NCBI GenBank assembly: GCA_030698625.1
Contig: JAUYMS010000026.1
Span: forward strand, 14,841 to 78,840
Length of the DNA stretch: 64,000 nucleotides
Source: Candidatus Omnitrophota bacterium
GTDB taxonomy: Bacteria; Omnitrophota; Omnitrophia; Omnitrophales; Aquincolibacteriaceae
Reading direction: 5' to 3'
The translations under genes and the position numbers were made by a program. The notes beneath the pieces are model-generated. The model made no database searches and had not been told where the DNA came from. It saw only the letters and a program-made list of their open reading frames with translations. Positions 9,614 through 19,849 of the stretch are shown piece after piece. The first letter of the stretch is position 1, and each line of letters starts with the position of its first letter.

Positions 9614-10976
9614 CCGCGCATTCTCCGATATTTCCTGCCCCGATAAAGGCAATGACGCCATTGAACTCTCCGTGACTCTCTAGAAAAGATGGGATGTCTG
9701 CCCGAGACACGAATCGGGCCTTGGTAAACCCGCGGCGGGCAATCTCCTCCACAATTAACTCCGAATGAACCCCATGGACGTTTATCTCGCCGGCTCCATA
9801 GATGTCCGTCACGATAATATTATCCGCCAGTTCCAAGGCCACCGCAAATTCTTTCAGAAAAGCCCGGGTGCGCGAATAACGATGCGGCTGAAATATGACT
9901 GTCAACGGCCGACGCATCGAACGAAGCGCCGCCAATGATGCTTCGACCTCGGTGGGATGATGCGCATAATCATCAATGACCACGAGCTCATCGGAAGACC
10001 ATTTGACCTCCAAACGGCGACGCACTCCGCGAAATCGAGCCATCGCGGTTTCGAGGGAATCTGCATCAATGCCCAACGCAGTCAATAAAGCAGTTGCCGC
10101 AAGCGCGTTAGCAACATTGTGTTTCCCTGGCACGGCAAGCCGCAGTCGCGTGGCGAAAAAGCCGGCCTCGCACATGTCAAATTCTACTCCGCCCGCTGTC
10201 ATCTTGATGTCCTTTGCCGCAAAATCAGCTGTCGGCGTCATCCCGAAACTCATGCGGGGCTTCCCGCTTTCCAAAACAAGTTCCCGCAAAACCGGGTCGT
10301 CATTGTTGTAAATAATCAGTCCGGGGTTGTGCGCGTTTCCAATAAAGTGGCGGAAGGTCATCTTCAAGTCTTCAAGATCAGCATAATTGTCGAGGTGGTC
10401 CTCCTCCAAGTTGGTGAGCACCACGTAATTCGGGGAGTATAGCATGTGTGAGCGGTCACTTTCGTCAACCTCAGAGATCCAGAGTTTCGACTCGCCCAAA
10501 ATTGCATTTGTGCCCAAATTAAGAACATCACCGCCCACAAGACATGTCGGATTCCTGCCCGCCTCGGAGAGGACGTAAGAAATCATGGACGTCGTCGTTG
10601 TCTTGCCGTGGGTTCCGCAAACAGCAACTGATGTCGCGGCACGATTCAAAAGGGATGACAATACTTCGGCTCGGTGGCAGACTCTGATACCCGCTTGACG
10701 TGCCGCTCGCATTTCAACATGGTCACGGGGAATAGCCGAGGAATAAATGATAAGATCAGATTCGCCAAAGCAGGCCTCACGCTGGCCTATAAATACGGGG
10801 ATTCCGGAACGTGTCAAATCGCGGGTTGTCCCGCTTTCTATCAAATCCGAGCCTGACACCCGCATTCCCCCATGGTAGAGCACACGAGCCAACGCACTCA
10901 TACCCACCCCGGCAATTCCTATGAGGTAGGCGCGCTCTGCGGATCCGATGACATCCTTTGGGATAAGTCTTTCCAT
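9576..10976 (-). CDS. murC: UDP-N-acetylmuramate--L-alanine ligase
   Basis: IGIAGVGMSALA, GTHGKTTTT, EVDESD, DDYAHHPTE, FQPHRYSRT. Confidence 0.97.
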   Translation of the reverse strand: MERLIPKDVIGSAERAYLIGIAGVGMSALARVLYHGGMRVSGSDLIESGTTRDLTRSGIPVFIGQREACFGESDLIIYSSAIPRDHVEMRAARQAGIRVCHRAEVLSSLLNRAATSVAVCGTHGKTTTTSMISYVLSEAGRNPTCLVGGDVLNLGTNAILGESKLWISEVDESDRSHMLYSPNYVVLTNLEEDHLDNYADLEDLKMTFRHFIGNAHNPGLIIYNNDDPVLRELVLESGKPRMSFGMTPTADFAAKDIKMTAGGVEFDMCEAGFFATRLRLAVPGKHNVANALAATALLTALGIDADSLETAMARFRGVRRRLEVKWSSDELVVIDDYAHHPTEVEASLAALRSMRRPLTVIFQPHRYSRTRAFLKEFAVALELADNIIVTDIYGAGEINVHGVHSELIVEEIARRGFTKARFVSRADIPSFLESHGEFNGVIAFIGAGNIGECADEFASRIQLTTA

Positions 10977-12100
10977 GCTTCCCTTTCCACAATCTTTACA
11001 GCTACATCAACAAGCTTTTCAGCTGCATCGGGTACGGCGAACACCTCTAGCGCCGTAACCATGGCGCGGCGCCCATCTAAATTCTTATTTAAACCTCTTA
11101 CTTGCTCAACTAACCAATCCCCCGTGAAATCACTTTCCTGCTTGAGGAGGATCGCTCGTCGGGCTTCAAACATTTCGGCATTCGCTTGTTGATGCCCTCC
11201 CGCATGGGGATACGGAACGACGATAGCAGGCAGCCGAAATAAGGCTAATTCGAAAAGCGTATTGGCACCGGCTCGAGTAATGGCCAAATCTGCTTCCCGG
11301 TAGAGGTCTTCTATATTTTCAAAGAAGGGAAAAATCTGATTTCTGACCCCGAGGTTTCGATAAGACCGAACCACCTCCTCATAGTCCGACTTCCCTGTAA
11401 TATGAGTAACGGCAATTTTGCGCTTTTCTTCAGATTCAAGGAGCGAAAAACACTGTAAAACCGTACGATTAAGGCTATGCGCCCCCTGAGAGCCTCCCAT
11501 GACAAGAAGCCGCAAAATTTCATTTCGCCCGGAGCAACCTTGGACGGTTTTCCGAGCCGCGCTACAGACTGAAGCTCGAATCGGCAAGCCAACAAATTCG
11601 ACCGCAGCCGACTTATGCTTAGAAAAGGTCCCGGGAAAGCTCGTGGTAACCCGGTCAACATGCGGAGCCAACCATTTCGTGGCCCTTCCGGGCGCACAAT
11701 TCTGCTCATGAATCACGGTTGGGATCTTTTTCCAGGAACTTAACAGCATGCCGGGGTAACTTACATAACTACCAAAACCAACTGCCAGGACCGGCTTTGC
11801 CTCCGACAAATATCGCCATGAAGACCAAAAAGCCTGGAGCAATTTTAACAGAAAGGTTATCGCGCGCAAGGAAAATCCCGGTGAAAACGGAAAGTCATTT
11901 AGATAAATGATGTGATCAAAAACACCGCCCGCCATTTGCGCCTCAAAAGTCCGAGCTCGCTTACTGGTGACAAGTTCAACGCGCACTTGCGGTATGCGAT
12001 TTCTGAGGGCTTCGGCGAAAGCAAGCGCCGGAAATAGATGCCCCCCCGACGGTCCCGCGAAAACTGAGACAGTGGGAAGGCGCTCCTGATCGGCTATCAT
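10919..12100 (-). CDS. murG: undecaprenyl-PP-MurNAc-pentapeptide GlcNAc transferase
   Basis: GPSGGHLFPA, HEQN, GGSQGA, RAGA, HQQANA; ATG at 12100 overlaps the ftsW stop. Confidence 0.95.
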   Translation of the reverse strand: MIADQERLPTVSVFAGPSGGHLFPALAFAEALRNRIPQVRVELVTSKRARTFEAQMAGGVFDHIIYLNDFPFSPGFSLRAITFLLKLLQAFWSSWRYLSEAKPVLAVGFGSYVSYPGMLLSSWKKIPTVIHEQNCAPGRATKWLAPHVDRVTTSFPGTFSKHKSAAVEFVGLPIRASVCSAARKTVQGCSGRNEILRLLVMGGSQGAHSLNRTVLQCFSLLESEEKRKIAVTHITGKSDYEEVVRSYRNLGVRNQIFPFFENIEDLYREADLAITRAGANTLFELALFRLPAIVVPYPHAGGHQQANAEMFEARRAILLKQESDFTGDWLVEQVRGLNKNLDGRRAMVTALEVFAVPDAAEKLVDVAVKIVEREAWKDLSQRMSSDPQSAPTS

Positions 12101-13197
12101 GTGTGAGTTGCGCACATCTGACGGTCCATGCTCGCCAGAAGTCCTATGATGATCATATTAAACACAAGGGATGTCCCTCCGTAGCTTACAAAGGGTAGTG
12201 GTAATCCCTTCGTGGGCACCAACCCCGTAGCAACCAGCATGTTGATGAGCGCTTGCAGGACAATCAGCAACACCAGCGAGTAAATAAACAATCTGTCGTA
12301 ATCCCTTTCGGCCCGGAGGATCATGCGGATTCCCATGATAAAGATGACCGCATAGAGAAGCAGCACTGTCAAGATACCTACGAGCCCGAATTCTTCGGCA
12401 ATCACAGAAAAAATAAAATCATTATAGCTGGAAGGAAGGTAGAAAAGCTTCTGTGCACTCTGCCCAAGCCCCACCCCTTTAATTCCTCCCAGGCCGAATG
12501 CAAGAAAGGACTGTATGATCTGAAAGCCACTTCCCTGAGGGTCATCCCAGGGATTTAGGTACGCCGTAACGCGGCTGAGACGATAAGGAACACGCATAAT
12601 GAGATAATAGAACGCGGGAATAAAAAAGATTCCTGAAATCAGGATAAACCTTAACTTTAACCCTGCAACAATGAAAAGGACGGCTGCTGATATTAAGATG
12701 AAAAGACAGGATCCCAGGTCCGGTTGCATGATGATAAGAGCACAGACGAGCCCCACGACAATAAAGGGTGGGGTAAATACGTTCAAATTGCCGCGCTGGA
12801 TTAACTTGATTTTGCGTGAGAGGTAATCGGCCAGATAGAGGCAGACTGCTATTTTGGCAAATTCCGCCGGTTGAAAACTAAATCCGCCCAGTTGGATCCA
12901 GCGGCGCGCACCGCCGGCGGATCGCCCCAAGCCTTCGATATAGACCAGCATGAGGCCAATAATCGCCACAACCATGATGAGGCGGGACTGCCTCTTCCAG
13001 AACGATACCGGAACTGCCGCCACAAGAAATAGAAAAAGCGTTCCTACCGCGGCGAAGGAAACCTGTCTAATGAGAAAATATTGCGCGTTCCCGTAGACCT
13101 TTTCAGCGAAAACGGCACTCGCGCTGTAGGTCATGGCAATACCGAGAGCCGTCAAGAGATAGGCGGCAGCAAATATGATCCGCGCTTCGCGTGACAT
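12097..13197 (-). CDS. ftsW: SEDS peptidoglycan glycosyltransferase FtsW
   Basis: GGARRWI, FQPAEFAK, QPDLG, DFIFSVIAEEFG, LPFVSYGGTS; TAATG coupling with murD puts the start at 13197. Confidence 0.95.
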   Translation of the reverse strand: MSREARIIFAAAYLLTALGIAMTYSASAVFAEKVYGNAQYFLIRQVSFAAVGTLFLFLVAAVPVSFWKRQSRLIMVVAIIGLMLVYIEGLGRSAGGARRWIQLGGFSFQPAEFAKIAVCLYLADYLSRKIKLIQRGNLNVFTPPFIVVGLVCALIIMQPDLGSCLFILISAAVLFIVAGLKLRFILISGIFFIPAFYYLIMRVPYRLSRVTAYLNPWDDPQGSGFQIIQSFLAFGLGGIKGVGLGQSAQKLFYLPSSYNDFIFSVIAEEFGLVGILTVLLLYAVIFIMGIRMILRAERDYDRLFIYSLVLLIVLQALINMLVATGLVPTKGLPLPFVSYGGTSLVFNMIIIGLLASMDRQMCATHT

Positions 13198-14483
13198 TAG
13201 GTAACACAGTCCCCCTGGGTCGACAAAGGAGCGCCGGCTTGCGCAACCCACTCTTTAAACTGCCGCCCCCGGTCTTGATAGCTATCGAACATATCAAAGC
13301 TTGCGCATGCCGGAGAAAGTAATATCGTGTCGCCGGTTCTGGCAGCACTTCGCGCCGATTCCAGGGCCGTGCTGAGATCGTTAACAACTCGGACAGGACA
13401 AAGCCCGTCCCAAGAATCTCGCAACAGGGGCGCAGCCTCGCCCATAACGAATATTTCACGGGCCTTTTGCCGGATCTTATTCCGCAACCGGACGAAGTCA
13501 TGAGCCTTGGGGCGGCCTCCGGCAATTAATAAAACGCGCGCGTCCGGCATTTGATCTATGGCCCACTCCAAAGACGATAGGGTCGTGCACTTCGAATCAT
13601 TAACATAGGTCACACCATCAACCACAGCGACCCTTTCCATACGGTGCTCGATCCCCTCAAAAGCATCCAAAATCCGGTTGACCGTGTCTACATCACAGCC
13701 GTAGATCGCCGCAACTGTGCGAACGACTTCATGATTTGGATTCCCCCGCAAGTCCTCGCCGAAACAGATACTCTCCGCCAAGATAGGGTATTCAGGAAAA
13801 AATTCCAGCTGGTCCCGGCGACGAAAAACAGCATGGTCCCCGGAAACCTGATTCTGAAACGCTTTGAGTTTTGCCTGCACGTATTCGCCCATGTCGGCAT
13901 GCCAATCTAAATGATTGGGGCTCAGATTCAGTATAACCGATACGCGAGGATGCAGCTCTTGACAGTTTTGCAATTGAAAAGAACTCACTTCGACAATCAC
14001 CGGCTGATCGACACCGATGCCTTCCAGTGCACCAATCCAAGGATCGCCGATATTGCCGCAGAGAGTCGCCCCTGGAAATTTAGTTTTCAGGGCTCGGTGA
14101 AGCAAAGTTGCCACAGTCGTCTTGCCGCATGTGCCGGTAATAGCGATCACATCGCGCGAAGGGCAGAATCGCCAGGCAACTTCAATCTCGCTCAACATGG
14201 GAATCTTACGAGCAACCGCATCGCGGTAGATCGGGGCCGCGGGTTTAATCCCGGGAGAAACGAGAATCCAATCACTTCCGAAGATAGAGCCCCCGGAATG
14301 CCCTCCGAGTTCCACACAGATCCCTTCGCGCAGAAGTCTGCCGGCCCGCCCACGCGATATTTCAGACGAGGCATCGTCGTAAACGAGCACATCAAACCCT
14401 TGGCGGCGCAGAAAAAGGGCGCTTTCGTAGCCGCTTTGGCCCAAACCCAGAACCGTGACTTTTTTACCCGGAAGAGAAGTCAT
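13197..14483 (-). CDS. murD: UDP-N-acetylmuramoyl-L-alanine--D-glutamate ligase
   Basis: GLGQSG, SPGI, TGTCGKTT, EVSSFQL, NDSK, LSPACASFDMF. Confidence 0.95.
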   Translation of the reverse strand: MTSLPGKKVTVLGLGQSGYESALFLRRQGFDVLVYDDASSEISRGRAGRLLREGICVELGGHSGGSIFGSDWILVSPGIKPAAPIYRDAVARKIPMLSEIEVAWRFCPSRDVIAITGTCGKTTVATLLHRALKTKFPGATLCGNIGDPWIGALEGIGVDQPVIVEVSSFQLQNCQELHPRVSVILNLSPNHLDWHADMGEYVQAKLKAFQNQVSGDHAVFRRRDQLEFFPEYPILAESICFGEDLRGNPNHEVVRTVAAIYGCDVDTVNRILDAFEGIEHRMERVAVVDGVTYVNDSKCTTLSSLEWAIDQMPDARVLLIAGGRPKAHDFVRLRNKIRQKAREIFVMGEAAPLLRDSWDGLCPVRVVNDLSTALESARSAARTGDTILLSPACASFDMFDSYQDRGRQFKEWVAQAGAPLSTQGDCVT

Positions 14484-14496
14484 GCACTCCTTGGCT

Positions 14497-15582
14497 CTAA
14501 CGAACTTTCAATGTGCTGAGACCGATCACCGCGAGGATCAGAGAAATAATCCAAAGCCGGATTGTCACCTTAGATTCCGGCCACCCTTTAAGCTGGAGGT
14601 GATGATGGAAGGGCGACATAAGGAAGATCCTCTTCCTAAACAATTTAAAACTGGCCACCTGCAAAATAACCGACAGCGCTTCCCATGCAAACACGCCGCC
14701 AACAATGAGAAGCACGGCCTCCTTTTTCGTAAGAACGGCGACCGTTCCTATCGCACCTCCGAGCGCCAGCGATCCGGTGTCCCCCATCATGACTTCCGCA
14801 GGATAGGAATTAAACCAAAGAAAACCGGCACTCGCTCCGACAAGGGCTGAACAGAAAACCGTGATCTCACCGGAGTCCCTCACATGAGGGATAGACAAAT
14901 AAGCGGCGTAGTCAATGCGGCCGACCAGATACGAGATAATGGCAAAGGACCCCACCGTAAACAACGTACACCCCACAGCCAAACCATCGAGGCCATCGGT
15001 AAGATTAAGCGCATTTGATGAACCGACCAGCACAAGAACCACAAAGGGAATAAAAAAAGCCGAGAACTCCAGCGCGGGTCTCTTGAGAAACGGCAGATAA
15101 AAACCATGATCAAACTGCGGGTCCAGGTACAAATAAACGCCTAACGCAATAGCCATAACGAGCTGCCCGCAAAGCTTGGTTAAGGAACTGAGACCTCGAG
15201 AACTCCGAGATTGGAGTTTTATCCAGTCATCCAGAAAACCGAGAGCCCCAAATCCTGTGATGGCGATCATGAGTATCCAAGAAAAGCGGTTCGTCAGATC
15301 CGCCCAAAGCAACATCGTCATCATGACGGCGACCACCATCAGAATCCCACCCATGGTCGGCACGTCGTTCTTGTGTTCATATAAAGCATGGAGAGACTCG
15401 GCATATTCGCGTTTATTGTGCGTGAGCGCATTGACTTGTTTCAGCCAGCGAATCATCATGGGTCCGAGCAACAGGCACAAGAGAAAGGCCGTAATACTCG
15501 CACCCGCGGCGCGGAAGGTAATATAGCGAAACAGATTAAAAAATATGGAAACATCCTTTAAAGGATGCAGGAAATACAACAT
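14497..15582 (-). CDS. mraY: phospho-MurNAc-pentapeptide transferase
   Basis: PTMGG, GFLDD, NLTDGLDGL, MGDTGSLALG, PFHHH. Confidence 0.97.
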   Translation of the reverse strand: MLYFLHPLKDVSIFFNLFRYITFRAAGASITAFLLCLLLGPMMIRWLKQVNALTHNKREYAESLHALYEHKNDVPTMGGILMVVAVMMTMLLWADLTNRFSWILMIAITGFGALGFLDDWIKLQSRSSRGLSSLTKLCGQLVMAIALGVYLYLDPQFDHGFYLPFLKRPALEFSAFFIPFVVLVLVGSSNALNLTDGLDGLAVGCTLFTVGSFAIISYLVGRIDYAAYLSIPHVRDSGEITVFCSALVGASAGFLWFNSYPAEVMMGDTGSLALGGAIGTVAVLTKKEAVLLIVGGVFAWEALSVILQVASFKLFRKRIFLMSPFHHHLQLKGWPESKVTIRLWIISLILAVIGLSTLKVR

Positions 15583-15591
15583 TTCAGAGCC

Positions 15592-16956
15592 TCACACTGC
15601 CTCAAGCGAGCGCAGCACCTTGTCCATTCTCATACCCCTGGACGCCTTTAGGAGTAGCAAATCTCCCGGCTGAAGATACCCTTTTAGAAATTGTGTCGTT
15701 TCTTCGGGATCGCTAAGCTTATACACGGTAGCCTCCGGACGCATCTCCTTGAGGGTCTTTAGACTATGCGCCGCGCGACTACCGTAGGCAACAACACAGT
15801 CCAGCTTGCACCGCGAAATGGCTTCCCCAAGTTGGCCGTGATAAGCCTCCTCATCCTTTCCCATTTCCAGCATATCCGAAAACACCAGAATCTTGCGCCC
15901 TTTCGCATCAAGAGCATCGAACGTTTGCAAAGCATCTTGAAAGGACGCTGGGCTTGCATTGTAACAATCATCAATAACACATAATCCGTCACCTATCCAT
16001 TTCTGCTCAAATCGCCCGGACATTAGCTCCAGCCCTTTCCAGTACTCCGGAACATCTTCGAGTCTCCCGCCCAAGCTCTCGAACACGGCTAATGCCATGG
16101 CAGCATTACGGACATAGAAAGCAGCCATGCTCGAAAATTTGAACCGATAGCGATCGCAGAAACGAAACTCCACCGTATGACCTGAAACATGGACGTCCGT
16201 GTAGCGATAATTCGCAGCTGTCGTTGTGCCCACCTTAATCACTTTGGATCGGGTGTGGCTCACTTCCGCGCTCAGGATCGGATCGTCATCCGGGATAACC
16301 AAGAATGAATTCTCGGCTAAATTCGCGGCAATCTCCGCCTTCCCCTTGTAGACAGCGTCAAGAGTGCCAAATCCCTCGAGATGAGCCGGTGAGACGCGTG
16401 TAATCACCGCCGCATCCGGTTGTGCCAAGCTGGCCAAATAAGCAATATCTCCCGGCCTGCTGGCCCCCATTTCCGCGATGCAGATATCGTGCTCCGCTCT
16501 AAGAGATAGAAGTGTTAAAGGGACCCCTAGCTGATTATTGAAATTCCCGGCGCTGGCCAGGGGTTTAAATTTTAACCCTAACAGATACGCCAGAAACTGC
16601 TTGGTCGTCGTTTTGCCGATACTGCCGGTAACTCCTACCAGAGGCACCTTATGACGAGAAAAGTATTGAGACGCTAGGAGCCCCAGACCTTTTTCCGGGT
16701 CTGTAACGCATAATAGGTTCTTATAGTTCGCATTACGGGCATCCCACTTATCGGACACGACCGCCCCTGACGCCCCCTTCTGAAACGCATCATCCAAGTA
16801 GTCATGTCCATCGCGGGCGGGGCCTTGCAAAGCAATGAAGAGATCCCCGGGTTGCAAGGTTCGGGTGTCAATTGAAACGCCGGCGGGTCGCTTAGTAGAG
16901 TCTTCCAGGTCTAGGCGGGCGCCTAGCCAGGATGCTGCCTCATGAAAGGAAAACAC
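15592..16956 (-). CDS. murF: UDP-MurNAc-tripeptide--D-Ala-D-Ala ligase
   Basis: IDTR, DGHDY, TGSIGKTTTK, NFNNQLGVP, DDCYNASP, KASRGM. Confidence 0.95.
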   Translation of the reverse strand: MFSFHEAASWLGARLDLEDSTKRPAGVSIDTRTLQPGDLFIALQGPARDGHDYLDDAFQKGASGAVVSDKWDARNANYKNLLCVTDPEKGLGLLASQYFSRHKVPLVGVTGSIGKTTTKQFLAYLLGLKFKPLASAGNFNNQLGVPLTLLSLRAEHDICIAEMGASRPGDIAYLASLAQPDAAVITRVSPAHLEGFGTLDAVYKGKAEIAANLAENSFLVIPDDDPILSAEVSHTRSKVIKVGTTTAANYRYTDVHVSGHTVEFRFCDRYRFKFSSMAAFYVRNAAMALAVFESLGGRLEDVPEYWKGLELMSGRFEQKWIGDGLCVIDDCYNASPASFQDALQTFDALDAKGRKILVFSDMLEMGKDEEAYHGQLGEAISRCKLDCVVAYGSRAAHSLKTLKEMRPEATVYKLSDPEETTQFLKGYLQPGDLLLLKASRGMRMDKVLRSLEAV

Positions 16957-18424
16957 GGGTTTTCCTTTTTAGGCATTCGCGCGCTACGGCGCGATCATCA
17001 AAAGGAATTTTCTTTTCGCCGAGTATCTGATAGTCTTCGTGGCCTTTGCCTAAAATAAAAAGCACGTCTCCCGGTTCGGCTAATGTGACAAGCCTCTCGA
17101 TCGCTTCGGCGCGATCCGGTATTTCCAGCACGTCTGGCCTCTCCTTCGCGCCTTTAGGCAAGCCCCGCCTCATATCAGAGAATATTTCCTCGGGATCCTC
17201 GGAACGGGGGTTATCCGAAGTGAAAATAACGATGTCTGAGTAACGGCAGGCAGCGCGAGTCATAAGAGGCCGCTTAGCGCGATCGCGGTCACCTCCGCAT
17301 CCAAAAAGGGTCAGCACTCGGCGGGGAGCCAAATCATGAGCCTGACCTAAAACACTCTCAAAAGCATCCGGCGTGTGCGCGTAATCCACAAAGACATCAA
17401 AATCGCTAGCTCCCGTGATCCTCTCCATCCTTCCCGGAATTCCCGGCATCTCTTTTAGAATATCCAGAAACTCTCTGGGATCGTAGCCTAACAAGTCAAG
17501 CCCCCCAAGAACGGCCACGGTATTCGACACATTATGCTTTAGAGGCAAACGAATCTGAACCGGTATCTGCTGATCTCGATAGCGAAACTTAAAGAAGTTA
17601 CCCTGGAGCGAAGGGACAATGTCCGTGGCCATGTAATCCGCTTCAGCCTCCAAACCATAAGTCTTGGCACTCGGCATCACTTCGATAAGACGTCGGCCAT
17701 AGCGACAATCACGATTGATTAAGCATTGCCGCGGCGGCGGTTCCGAAAGAAATAACCTCCTCTTTGCTGCAAAATACTGCTCCAGATCCTTGTGATAATC
17801 AAGATGGTCCTGCGACAATTGCGTAAAAATGGCAACGCCAAATTCCAAACCAAACACTCGCGACTGATCCAAGGCATGAGATGACACTTCCATGACACAA
17901 GCTTTTACTTTGGCGCGACGCATTTGATCAAGAAGCGGGATTAGGATTTCGGGGCCCGGCGTTGTATTAAGAGCAGATATGCGCTGTGAGGGCAACTCGT
18001 ACCAGAGGGTGCCCATATAGGCAGCCGAAGTCTTACTCGAAAGCAGCCTGTGCAGCAAATACGATATCGTGGTTTTTCCGTTCGTCCCCGTTACTCCGAC
18101 AAGATCGATGTCTTTGTCAGGGCGATGATAGAAACAATTAATGAGCATAGCCAGCGTCGCTTGTGAACTTTTAACGCGTATTGCCGCAACATTGCGAGAA
18201 ATCGTAATCTCCGGAAGATTCTCATAAACAACTGCGGCCGCTTTTGCGAGAATTGCTTGAGTTAGAAAATCGTGCCCGTCCATGCGCGATCCGGCGCAGG
18301 CAACAAATAAATCACCGGGTTCTACAGCCCGCGAATCCGAAGTGATTTTCTGAATAGTGAGATTGGGCTTCCAATGCAGTTTTTCGACAGTGGGAATCTC
18401 GCGAAATAAAGCGCCTAATTTCAA
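16940..18424 (-). CDS. murE: UDP-MurNAc-dipeptide--meso-DAP ligase
   Basis: TGTNGKTT, MEVSSHAL, DYAHTPD, FGCGGDRD, DNPR (meso-DAP specificity), GKGHE; TTG start overlaps the upstream TGA. Confidence 0.97.
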   Translation of the reverse strand: MKLGALFREIPTVEKLHWKPNLTIQKITSDSRAVEPGDLFVACAGSRMDGHDFLTQAILAKAAAVVYENLPEITISRNVAAIRVKSSQATLAMLINCFYHRPDKDIDLVGVTGTNGKTTISYLLHRLLSSKTSAAYMGTLWYELPSQRISALNTTPGPEILIPLLDQMRRAKVKACVMEVSSHALDQSRVFGLEFGVAIFTQLSQDHLDYHKDLEQYFAAKRRLFLSEPPPRQCLINRDCRYGRRLIEVMPSAKTYGLEAEADYMATDIVPSLQGNFFKFRYRDQQIPVQIRLPLKHNVSNTVAVLGGLDLLGYDPREFLDILKEMPGIPGRMERITGASDFDVFVDYAHTPDAFESVLGQAHDLAPRRVLTLFGCGGDRDRAKRPLMTRAACRYSDIVIFTSDNPRSEDPEEIFSDMRRGLPKGAKERPDVLEIPDRAEAIERLVTLAEPGDVLFILGKGHEDYQILGEKKIPFDDRAVARECLKRKTRVFLS

Positions 18425-19017
18425 ATTGGGATTTCCTTATGAACTCTCTCGACCGCAGTCGACTCGCGGAAGTGAAACTCAAAAACAGGAGATTCAGCTT
18501 CGACCGCTAAAATTTCGCCCAATTGGTTGTTGCGAAAGATCAATTCTGCAAAGAAATGAGTTAGAGGCACCTGCTCGGCTGCCGCCACCGTTGCCCATTC
18601 CCCATGAAGTGTAGCGACAAGATTTTGACCTGACAGACGAACCCTTAATCCCTTGCCCAGAAAAATCGAGATGAGATCGTACCTCACGTTGAGTTGACCG
18701 GAAGACAGCTTTACTTTCCCATCCCAATCAAAGTGGACATCTTGCAGAGAAAAACTAGGCTGGAACAGCGTAGGAACAAAACGCCCGCCGATCTCCGCGT
18801 CGATGCTCCGCTCAAGCGCCCCTCGCACCCAAAGTCCCGAGAGGGGTAAAAGCAGCGCACCCGCGATAACAATGGAGACAAGGGTGGCGACACCACTCCT
18901 CCTTAGCCGGAAGAGAAATTTATTAGGCAGTTCCTGCGACCGCCGTAGGTGTAAACTTTTGAGGTGAGATAACAATTTCAACGCGGCGATTCTTCTGCTT
19001 TCCACTCGATGTTTCAT
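18421..19017 (-). CDS. hypothetical single-TM protein with beta-rich extracytoplasmic domain (start uncertain)
   Basis: Stop overlaps the murE start (TTGA); TM segment VATLVSIVIAGALLLPLSGLW. The ATG at 19017 lies inside the upstream gene, so the true start is probably further downstream. Confidence 0.6.
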   Translation of the reverse strand: MKHRVESRRIAALKLLSHLKSLHLRRSQELPNKFLFRLRRSGVATLVSIVIAGALLLPLSGLWVRGALERSIDAEIGGRFVPTLFQPSFSLQDVHFDWDGKVKLSSGQLNVRYDLISIFLGKGLRVRLSGQNLVATLHGEWATVAAAEQVPLTHFFAELIFRNNQLGEILAVEAESPVFEFHFRESTAVERVHKEIPI

Positions 19018-19615
19018 TGGACATAACTGGATAAAATTCTCCGTACCCGGACGCTATTAGCCTTCGGGGTTCCACTCCCTGCTGATCAACAAAGAAATGA
19101 ATAACCTCAGTGGCTCGTGCGGTGGATAGCTCCCAATTGGATCGCCACCCGGAATGCCGGATGGGATCGTTATCAGTATGGCCTTCTACATAGACCAAGT
19201 TATCCCTAACCTGTTCTACAAGCGTATCGCCAACTTTCTCAAGAGTTGATCTCGACGACTCCTTCAGATCCGATTTACCGGAATCAAAAAGCACACGGTC
19301 AAGCACAGTCACGACAAGACCACGGTCTTGCATGGAAACAGAAAGATTACCGGCAGCCATTTCGCCCTGAAGCTTACCTTCCAAATCAGTCTTTGCTCGC
19401 AATAATTCTTCCCTGGCACCGTAAAGCGCGTCGAGCTCCTGGTTGAGTCTATTGACTTCGTCGGTCATCGCAGAAATCGTCGCGGCCTGTTCTTGGTTAA
19501 GTCTCAAGAGCTCCTTATCACTCTTGGCACATCCCGTCGCCATGAAGGCAACCGCTATGAGCAGCGCCATTGAAGCTAAAATCGGGGAACGGAAGAAACT
19601 TTGATTCTTTGACAT
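18923..19615 (-). CDS. OmpA/MotB-family peptidoglycan-binding lipoprotein with coiled coil
   Basis: AGGAGG RBS; lipobox ATGC; VLFDSG, VEGHTDN, NWELSTARA, NRRVEI. Confidence 0.9.
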   Translation of the reverse strand: MSKNQSFFRSPILASMALLIAVAFMATGCAKSDKELLRLNQEQAATISAMTDEVNRLNQELDALYGAREELLRAKTDLEGKLQGEMAAGNLSVSMQDRGLVVTVLDRVLFDSGKSDLKESSRSTLEKVGDTLVEQVRDNLVYVEGHTDNDPIRHSGWRSNWELSTARATEVIHFFVDQQGVEPRRLIASGYGEFYPVMSNETSSGKQKNRRVEIVISPQKFTPTAVAGTA

Positions 19616-19632
19616 AACAGCCTCCTAAAAAA

Positions 19633-19848
19633 TTATATTTGTAGTATCGAGATCAGAAAAAATCCAACAATGGCAAACAAATACGAACAGAAAAGCAGAA
19701 AATAAAAAACGGGGCTCAAACTTTTGCGCGTCGCGACGTCGCTCTTGACAGAGAAATCGTCAGAGCGCTTCGGTTTCTGAATGCTGATTCGCGGCCGCTC
19801 TGGTTTGGCTACATTAACTGAATGAGTCCGACTCATTACAAGATTCAT
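19633..19848 (-). CDS. small protein with C-terminal TM helix (71 aa)
   Basis: Fills the operon gap exactly (1 nt after the HD-GYP stop, 17 nt before the next start); C-terminal hydrophobic helix. Confidence 0.6.
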   Translation of the reverse strand: MNLVMSRTHSVNVAKPERPRISIQKPKRSDDFSVKSDVATRKSLSPVFYFLLFCSYLFAIVGFFLISILQI

Positions 19849-19849
19849 A

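Noticed and set aside
18711-18896. 61-aa minus-strand ORF with AGGAGG just upstream
   Set aside because: It is out of frame inside the longer single-TM ORF that couples to murE and has no protein-like features. It cannot be fully excluded, and it leaves the true start of the 18421 gene unresolved.
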